Positions 53,790-64,000 of a stretch of DNA of 64,000 nt are shown here, piece by piece. Each line of letters opens with the position of its first letter. The stretch's first letter is position 1. This DNA comes from Eledone cirrhosa. Its lineage: Eukaryota. A model generated the notes under the pieces. That model made no database searches and had not been told where the DNA came from. It worked only from the letters and a program-made list of their open reading frames with translations. Position numbers and translations under genes: made by a program. The stretch lies in assembly GCA_964016885.1 (NCBI GenBank), contig OZ024749.1:52948001-53012000 (forward strand). Reading direction: 5' to 3'.

Positions 53790-55392
53790 AACACCACCAC
53801 CCTCCACCACCATAACTCTTCACTCTCCACCACCCTCCACCACCATAACTCTACACACACCACCACCATAACTCTTCACTCTCCACCACCCTCCACCACC
53901 ATAACTCTACACACACCACCACCCTCCACCACCATAACTCTACACACACCACCACCCTCCACCACCATAACTCTACACACACCACCACCCTCCACCACCA
54001 TAACTCTACACACACCACCACCCTCCACCACCATAACTCTACACACACCACCACCCTCCACCACCATAACTCTACACACACCACCACCCTCCACCACCAT
54101 AACTCTACACACACCACCACTCTCCACCACCATAACTCTACACACACCACCACTCTCCACCACCATAACTCTACACACACCACCACTCTCCACCACCATA
54201 ACTCTACACACACCACCACTCTCCACCACCATAACTCTACACACACCACCACCCTCCACCACCATAACTCTACACACACCACCACCCTCCACCACCATAA
54301 CTCTACACACACCACCACTCTCCACCACCATAACTCTACACACACCACCACTCTCCACCACCATAACTCTTCACTCTCCACCACCCTCCACCACCATAAC
54401 TCTACACACACCACCACTCTCCACCACCATAACTCTACACACACCACCACCCTCCACCACCATAACTCTTCACTCTCCACCACCCTCCACCACCATAACT
54501 CTACACACACCACCACCCTCCACCACCATAACTTTACACACACCACCACCCTCCACCACCATAACTCTACACACACCACCACCCTCCACCACCATAACTC
54601 TACACACACCACCACTCTCCACCACCATAACTCTACACACACCACCACTCTCCACCACCATAACTCTACACACACCACCACCCTCCACCACCATAACTCT
54701 ACACACACCACCACTCTCCACCACCATAACTCTACACACACCACCACCCTCCACCACCATAACTCTACACACACCACCACCCTCCACCACCATAACTCTA
54801 CACACACCACCACCCTCCACCACCATAACTCTACACACACCACCACCCTCCACCACCATAACTCTACACACACCACCACTCTCCACCACCATAACTCTAC
54901 ACACACCACCACTCTCCACCACCATAACTCTACACACACCACCACCCTCCACCACCATAACTCTACACACACCACCACCCTCCACCACCATAACTCTACA
55001 CACACCACCACCCTCCACCACCATAACTCTACACACACCACCACCCTCCACCACCATAACTCTACACACACCACCACCCTCCACCACCATAACTCTACAC
55101 ACACCACCACTCTCCACCACCATAACTCTACACACACCACCACTCTCCACCACCATAACTCTACACACACCACCACCCTCCACCACCATAACTCTACACA
55201 CACCACCACTCTCCCCCACCATAACTCTACACACACCACCACTCTCCACCACCATAACTCTACACACACCACCACCCTCCACCACCATAACTCTACACAC
55301 ACCACCACCCTCCACCACCATAACTCTACACACACCACCACTCTCCACCACCATAACTCTACACACACCACCACCATAACTCTTCACACACC
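53790..55392. repeat. 33-bp C-rich minisatellite, about 48 copies
   Basis: ctccaccaccataactctacacacaccaccac(c/t) repeated. Confidence 0.95.
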
Positions 55393-55740
55393 ACCACAAC
55401 AATTTCTCCCTCCACCACCATGATCCCGCCCCCACCAAGACAACCCACGACACCACCACCACCACCTCCTCAACACCACCACCACCTCCCCACCTTTGTA
55501 AGATCACCCCAACAAAGGTTGTTTACCTTACACTCTCCTCTCTTTACACTCTCCTCTCTTTACACTCTCCTCTCTTTACACTCTCCTCTCTTTACACTCT
55601 CCTCTAGCCCTCATTTTCATGTATAAAGTTCAACATTTATTATGTTAGACAAGATAATCTTTTACCCTTTTCACACATTCCCAACAAATTTCACATTATT
55701 TACAGACAGCATTGTTACTGTCAAACAACATTTCTTTATT

Positions 55741-55888
55741 TATATATATATATATATATATACACATATATATATATCTATACATATATATATATATATA
55801 TATGTGTGTATATATGTATATATATATATATGTATGTATATATGTGTGTATATATAATACATATACATATATATATACATAATATATA

Positions 55889-55919
<31 letters not shown>

Positions 55920-56235
55920 ACATATATACACACATATATACATACATATATACATACATATATATATATACATATATACATATATACACACATACATATA
56001 TATATACATATATATATACATATATACACATATATATATACATATATACACACATACATATATATATACATATATACACACATATACATACATATATACA
56101 CACATATACATACATATATACATACACATACATATATATATATATACATATATATATACATATACATATATATACATATATATATACATATACATATATA
56201 TATACATATATATATACATATATATATATATATAC

Positions 56236-56302
<67 letters not shown>

Positions 56303-56418
56303 CACATATGCATACATATATATATATATATATGTATATATGTATATATATATATGTATATATGTATATATATATATATATATGTATGTATATATGTATA
56401 TATATATATGTATATATG

Positions 56419-56454
<36 letters not shown>

Positions 56455-56801
56455 TATGCATACATATATATATATATATACACATATACACATACATATA
56501 CACATATATACATATACACACATATACACATATGCATACATATATATATATATATACACATATACACATACATATACACATATATACACATATACACATA
56601 CATATACATACATATATACATATACACATACATATACATACATATATACATATACACATACATATACATACATATATACATATATACATACATATACATA
56701 CATATACACATATATACATACATATATACACATATATACATATATATATATACACATATACATATATATATATACACATATATACATATATATATATACA
56801 C

Positions 56802-56839
<38 letters not shown>

Positions 56840-57314
56840 ACACATATATACATACATATATATATATACACATATATACATACATATATATATATACACA
56901 TATATACATACATATATATATATATACACATATATACATACATATATATATATATACACATATATACATACATATATATATATACACATATATACATACA
57001 TATATATATATACACATATATACATACATATATATATATACACATATATACATACATATATATATATACACATATATACATACATATATATATATACACA
57101 TATATACATACATATATATATATACACATATATACATACATATATATATATACATATATACATACATATATATATATACATATATACATACATATATATA
57201 TATACATATATACATACATATATATATATACATATATACATACATATATATATATATATACATATATACATATATATACATATATACATATATATATATA
57301 CATATATACATACA

Positions 57315-57346
<32 letters not shown>

Positions 57347-57454
57347 CATATATACATACATATATATATATATACATATATACATACATATATATATATA
57401 TATACATACATATATATATATATACATACATATATACATATATACATACATATA

Positions 57455-57485
<31 letters not shown>

Positions 57486-57755
57486 ATACATATATACATA
57501 TATATATATACATATATACATATATATATATATATACATATATACATACATATTTATATATATATACATATATACATACATATTTATATATACATATATA
57601 TACATACATATATATATATACACATATATACATACATACATATATATATATACACACATATATACATACATATATATATATACACACACATATATACATA
57701 TATATACACACACATATATACATATTTACACAAACATATATATATATATACATAC

Positions 57756-57786
<31 letters not shown>
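55741..57786. repeat. Compound (TA)n/(TACA)n/(TATG)n microsatellite. Similar blocks at 24085-25618, 30197-32050, 48190-50090 and 59773-62041
   Basis: Direct reading; this is the source of the YI/HT-rich spurious ORFs. Confidence 0.97.
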
Positions 57787-59772
57787 CAAGAAGGGAAGCA
57801 GAGGAAAGAAAGTTCAAGCATGTTCTACAACGTGAGGACCAAAAACGTGAGGTGTTCAGGATTGCCAGGCAATGTGTCAAGGAAAACCGTGATATTGTCG
57901 GGGAGAAGTGTGTGCTTAACGATGATGGCATACTTGCCATCACCGACGCTGATAAGAAGGTAGCTTGGAAGTGTCACTACGAAAGGCTTCTAAATGAGGA
58001 GAACAAATGGGAGAAAGACAGTCTCCCCCACATCGACCCAATAGAGGGACCAGCAGTGTTAGTCCAGGGTAGTACAATAAGCAAGGCAATCAAAGATATG
58101 AAGACGGGTAAGGCGGCTGGGCCTTCGGAAATAGTTGCTGAGATGCTGAAGGCATCTGGTTCGGTGGGACACACCATGGTCACCCGGATAGTTAACCAAG
58201 TCGTACAGAATGGGGTTGTTCCGAAGGACTGGCGTAGCAGCATCATCGTTAACTGCTATAAGGGAAAAGGAGATGCCCTAGATAGGAGTAACTATAGAGG
58301 CATTAAATTAATCGACCAGGTCATGAAGGTCACGGAAAAAGTAATAGCGCAACTAATCAGAGAGAGAATTGATCTAGATGAAATGCAGTTCGGATTTGTG
58401 TCAGGCAAAAGTACCACAGACGCTCTTTTCATTGTACGACAACTACAGGAGAAGTACCTAGCTAAAAGTAAACCCCTATACTTAGCTTTCGTCGACTTGG
58501 AGAAAGCCTTCGACAGAGTCCCCCATTCCATTATCTGGTGGTCTCTTAGAAAACTAGGTGTTGACGAATGGCTTGTGAGAGCTATACAAGCCATGTATAA
58601 AGAAACAGTCAGTAAGGTTAGAATTAACAACGAATATAGTGAAGAGTTTAGCGTAAAAGTTGGTGTCCATCAGGGCTCTGTTCTTAGCCCCCTACTATTT
58701 ATTATTGCCCTTCAGGCTATAACAGAGGAGTTCAAGACCGGCTGCCCATGGGAACTCCTATACGCAGATGATCTAACGCTCATAGCTGAATCAATGACCG
58801 AACTAGAGAAGAAATTCCAAACATGGAAGCACGGCCTAGAATCAAAAGGCCTTAAAATTAACCTGGCTAAGACAAAAGTTCTAGTTTGTAGGAAAGAAAA
58901 TATGGCGGCAGTCCCATCTGGGAAATGGCCATGCTCAGTGTATAGGAAAGGCGTAGGTAGAAACTCCATTTTATGTCCCAAATGCAAAGTATGGGTGCAT
59001 AAAAGATGTAGTGGGATCACAGGTAAGCTAACTAAGAACATAGATTTTACATGTGGCCGGTGCTCTGGTGCAATAAGTAGCAGCAAGTGCCCACAAAATA
59101 CTAGCTCCTTCAACTGCGCAGAGGGTTCTATAGAAATAGTGGACAGCTTCCGTTACCTGGGTGACAAAATCAGCAGTGGGGGAGGGTGCTCTGAAAGTAC
59201 AGTAGCTAGAGTCAGAACTGGATGGAAAAAGTTCAGAGAGCTTATACCACTATTAGCCGCTAGAGGGTTCTCCCTAAAAATGAAAGCAGGTTATACGATG
59301 CCTGCATACGAACAGCAATGCTGCATGGCAGTGAGACCTGGGCATTGTGTGCAGAGGATATACGCAGACTAGAGAGGAACGAAGCTTGCATGCTCCGCTG
59401 GATGTGCAATAGTAATATACGTGAACGGCAAAGCATAAACGAACTAAGGAAAAAATTAGAAATAAGAGGGATCAGATGTTGTTTACTCGAGAGAAGGCTA
59501 CGTTGGTACGGTCACGTGATGCGCATGAAGGATGATAGCTGTATAACAAAGTGCAGGGCAATAAAGATAGACGGTAGCCACGGAGTAGGCAGACCCAGAA
59601 AAACATGGGACGAGCTGATAAATTCCGACCTCACACGCTTACACCTCTCCAAGACAATGTCACTGGACCGAGACCTTTGGCGGTACTCAGTAATAGAGAA
59701 GACCCGCCTTACCTAAATACAAAGTAAAAACCTACTACAGTCAGTAGGCATCTCTATCAAAACATCTCTATC
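57787..59772 (+). mobile_element. 5'-truncated RTE-type LINE (RT domain, one frameshift at ~59286)
   Basis: [70 protein letters not shown]. Stop at 59716. Flanked by (TA/CA) microsatellite on both sides. Confidence 0.92.
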
Positions 59773-60086
59773 TATATGTATGTATATATATATGTATATA
59801 TATATGTATATATATATGTATATGTATATATATATGTATATATATATGTATATATATATGTATGTATATATATATGTATATATATATATATATGTATATA
59901 TATATGTATATATATATGTATATATATATGTATGTATATATATATGTATATATATATGTATGTATATATATATGTATATATATATGTATATATATATATA
60001 TATGTATATATATATGTATATATATATGTATATATATATATATATGTATATATATATGTATATATATATGTATGTATATATATATG

Positions 60087-60140
<54 letters not shown>

Positions 60141-60158
60141 TGTATGTATATATATATG

Positions 60159-60194
<36 letters not shown>

Positions 60195-60212
60195 TGTATG
60201 TATATATATATG

Positions 60213-60431
<219 letters not shown>

Positions 60432-60437
60432 TATATG

Positions 60438-60471
<34 letters not shown>

Positions 60472-60484
60472 TGTATATATATAC

Positions 60485-60535
<51 letters not shown>

Positions 60536-60556
60536 CATATACATATATATATATAC

Positions 60557-60673
<117 letters not shown>

Positions 60674-60690
60674 TATACATATATATATAC

Positions 60691-60737
<47 letters not shown>

Positions 60738-60994
60738 CATATATACATACATATATATATACATATATATATACATACATATATATATACATATATATAT
60801 ACATACATATATACATACATATATACACACATATATATATATATATATATATACATACATATATATATACATACATATATATATATATACATATATATAT
60901 ACATACATATATACACACATATATATATATATATATATATACATACATATATATATACATACATATATATATATATACATATATATATACATAC

Positions 60995-61025
<31 letters not shown>

Positions 61026-61603
61026 CATACATATGTATATATATATACATACATATATATATATACATACATATGTATATATATATACATACATATATAT
61101 ATATACATACATATGTATATATATATACATACATATATATATATACATACATATATATATATATATACATACATATATATATATATATACATACATATAT
61201 ATATATATACATACATATATATATATATATACATACATATATATATACATACATATATATATATATACATACATATATATATATATACATACATATATAT
61301 ATATATATACATACATATATATATATATATACATACATATATATATATATATACATACATATATATATATATATACATACATATATATATATACATACAT
61401 ATATATATATACATACATATATATATATACATACATATATATATATACATACATATATATATATACATACATATATATATATACATACATATATATATAT
61501 ACATACATACATATATATACATACATACATATATATACATACATATATACATACATACATATATACATACATACATACATACATACATACATACATACAT
61601 ACA

Positions 61604-61637
<34 letters not shown>

Positions 61638-61834
61638 CATACATATATATATACATACATATATACATACATATATACATATATACATACATATATATAT
61701 ACATACATATATATATACATATATATATACATACATATATATATACATACATATATATATACATACATATATATATACATACATATATATATACATACAT
61801 ATATATATACATACATATATACATACATATATAT

Positions 61835-61877
<43 letters not shown>

Positions 61878-61904
61878 TATACATACATATATATATATAC
61901 ATAC

Positions 61905-61963
<59 letters not shown>

Positions 61964-62041
61964 CATATATATACATACATATATATATATACATACATAT
62001 ATATATATATATATACATACATATATATATATATATACATA

Positions 62042-64000
62042 TGGGTATGACATTAAACTACATCCAGTGGCAAGGCTCCAGTTCGGGAGTTCAGGAGATG
62101 TGGGGAATGTGGAGTTACCCCTTAGTTGTCATGACTCCCAGGTCTGCCCTGGCCCGGGGTGGTAGTACCTGTTAGGGCTCCATTTATGGGATAAATAACT
62201 ACCTTATTCGAGTGGCGCCGGTAAGGTATTGTCAGCCATTGAAAAGAAATATGGAGAGTCGATGTAACAGCACTAGGGTTAGAGCCCCTAATTACGCTGT
62301 CAAGGAGCAGCCTGGTCGTTATGACTCTGCTGGCTTAGAGCCACAGAGAGGGCCAGTGGATGATGGATCAGCTGTCTCTGAGACAAATATAAAGAATGCA
62401 GTTTTGTCCTGCAGAGGAGCCATCAAAATGGGCACTTTGAATGTGAGGACTATTCGAACGCTGGAGAAGAGAGAGGAGTTGGGACATCTGTTCGAGGAGA
62501 GTGGTATACAGATACTTGCGATCCAAGAACACAGGATTCTACACGATGAGCCCGTGAGGAGTGTCATGATTGGGAAGAAGAGCCAGCTCATCACTACATC
62601 GGCAGTGAAGAACACAACAAATGCTGCAGTAGGAGGAGTGGGTTTTGTGTTCAGTGCAAAAACAAATCTGTTGGTGAGGGAAATAATGCCTATCTCCCCG
62701 CGAGTGTTGAGGGTGACCTTCAATGGAAACCCAAGACTGACAGTCATCTCAGCCTATAGTCCAACCGAGGGGGACAGTGATGTGAATGCCGAGGAGTTCC
62801 ATGAGGAGGTGTGTAGGGCTGTCAACACCACTCAGGCACACAATATCCTGCTTGTTTTGGGGGACTTCAATGCACATCTGAGTAAGGAGGGCAGTGAAGA
62901 TCCTTGCTGGTACTTCCATAACAACACCAACCGAAATGGAAGACTACTGAGAGACACCCTGCTGGAGGCGAACTTGATGGCGACCAACCTAGGGTTTAGG
63001 AAGAATCTGGGGAAGATGTGGACCTACATCTCAGATGTGCACCTGTCCAAGTCCCAGATTGATTTCATTCTGGTGAGGAAAAAGTGGCGGAATAGTGTTC
63101 TGAACACAGAACCATACAGCTATTTCAGTACACTGGGTAGTGACCACCGGCTTGTTATGAGTGAGGTCCGCGTGAGCTTAAGAAAGAGCAAGGCTCAGCC
63201 CCGGAGAACAATCTATGACTGGGGAGCTTTCAAGGAAGATGTTAAGCTACAGGAGAGGTTCACAGTGGAAGTGAGAAACAGGTTTAGTGCTCTGTGTGGA
63301 GAGTCGGAGGAGAGAGAGATTGGATGGACTGAGGAGAGTGTGACGAGGAGGTACGGGCACTTCACCAATGCAGTGGCGAAAGCAAGTGAAACCCTGGTGC
63401 CGAGGAAAAAGAACAAAGGGAAGCACGTCAGCTCTGCAAACCCAAAAGTGTGTGCAGCCAGAGAACACCTGAAAGCTGCCAGGGACCAATTCTATGCTGA
63501 TCCTACGGAGGAGAGGATGGAGACTGTGGAGGTGATGAGGGAAAAGCTCTGTACAGCTTACACTGAGGTCAGAGAGGAGGCACTGATAGAGAAGATCAGA
63601 AGTGTGGAGAGAGCGGTTGACAGATCTGGATGTAAGGAGAGCTGGATGATCATCAACGAGATCACAGGGAGGAAGAAAAGGTGTTCGAGTCAGATCCAGG
63701 GAACGGGGCCCGAGGATAGGAAGAGGAAATGGCTAGACCATTTTAGGACCCTACTAGGAGAGCCACCCTCCACAGCCCAGAGCACTGGGGAGATCAGGCG
63801 GCTGTTTGAGGAACTGGATGTTGAGACAGAGCCCTTCACCAGAGGGGAGCTTCAGAGAGCCAAGAAGAAGATCAAGGAGGGCAAGGCTCATGGAGAAGAT
63901 GGAGTGGCATCAGAGGTGATGAAGAGGTGTGATTTTGATGATATCATCCTGGGGTTCTGTAACGGGGCACTGGAGAAAGGAGTTGCCCCGAATCAGTGGA
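62042..64000 (+). mobile_element. RTE-clade LINE 5' half with an intact ORF (ATG 62251, open to the window end)
   Basis: APE endonuclease motifs GTLNVRT, ILAIQEHR, AYSPT, VLGDFNAHL, QIDFILV and GSDHRLV, then the RT N-terminus KAHGEDG...PNQW. No stop in 583 codons. Confidence 0.92.

Noticed and set aside
53745-55507. 544-aa mucin-like P/T-rich ORF and its antisense ORFs
   Set aside because: A 33-bp minisatellite open in several frames on both strands, with no signal peptide or splice context.

Overview
AT-rich, microsatellite-laden eukaryotic genomic DNA. The SINE/LINE repertoire and the very long (TA)n/(TACA)n tracts suggest a coleoid cephalopod, probably an octopod (inference). Two spliced protein-coding genes lie in tandem on the minus strand. 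ERCC8/CSA has 5 coding exons (9181->875, about 408 aa). An SLC16A10/MCT10-like monocarboxylate/aromatic amino-acid transporter has 6 coding exons (44623->13992, about 531 aa). The rest is mobile DNA: an intact-ORF RTE-clade LINE running off the right edge, a 5'-truncated RTE-type LINE, many LINE fragments, two tRNA-derived SINE families, piggyBac-like, hAT-like and Tc1/mariner-like MITEs, and many mini/microsatellites, which account for nearly all the YI-rich ORFs. The most notable hidden signal is about ten type I hammerhead-ribozyme motifs (CUGANGA...GAAA-palindromic helix III-UH) from several unrelated sequence families. Several sit inside long inverted repeats, and several are in sense orientation in host introns. 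This pattern resembles Penelope-like element pLTR remnants.
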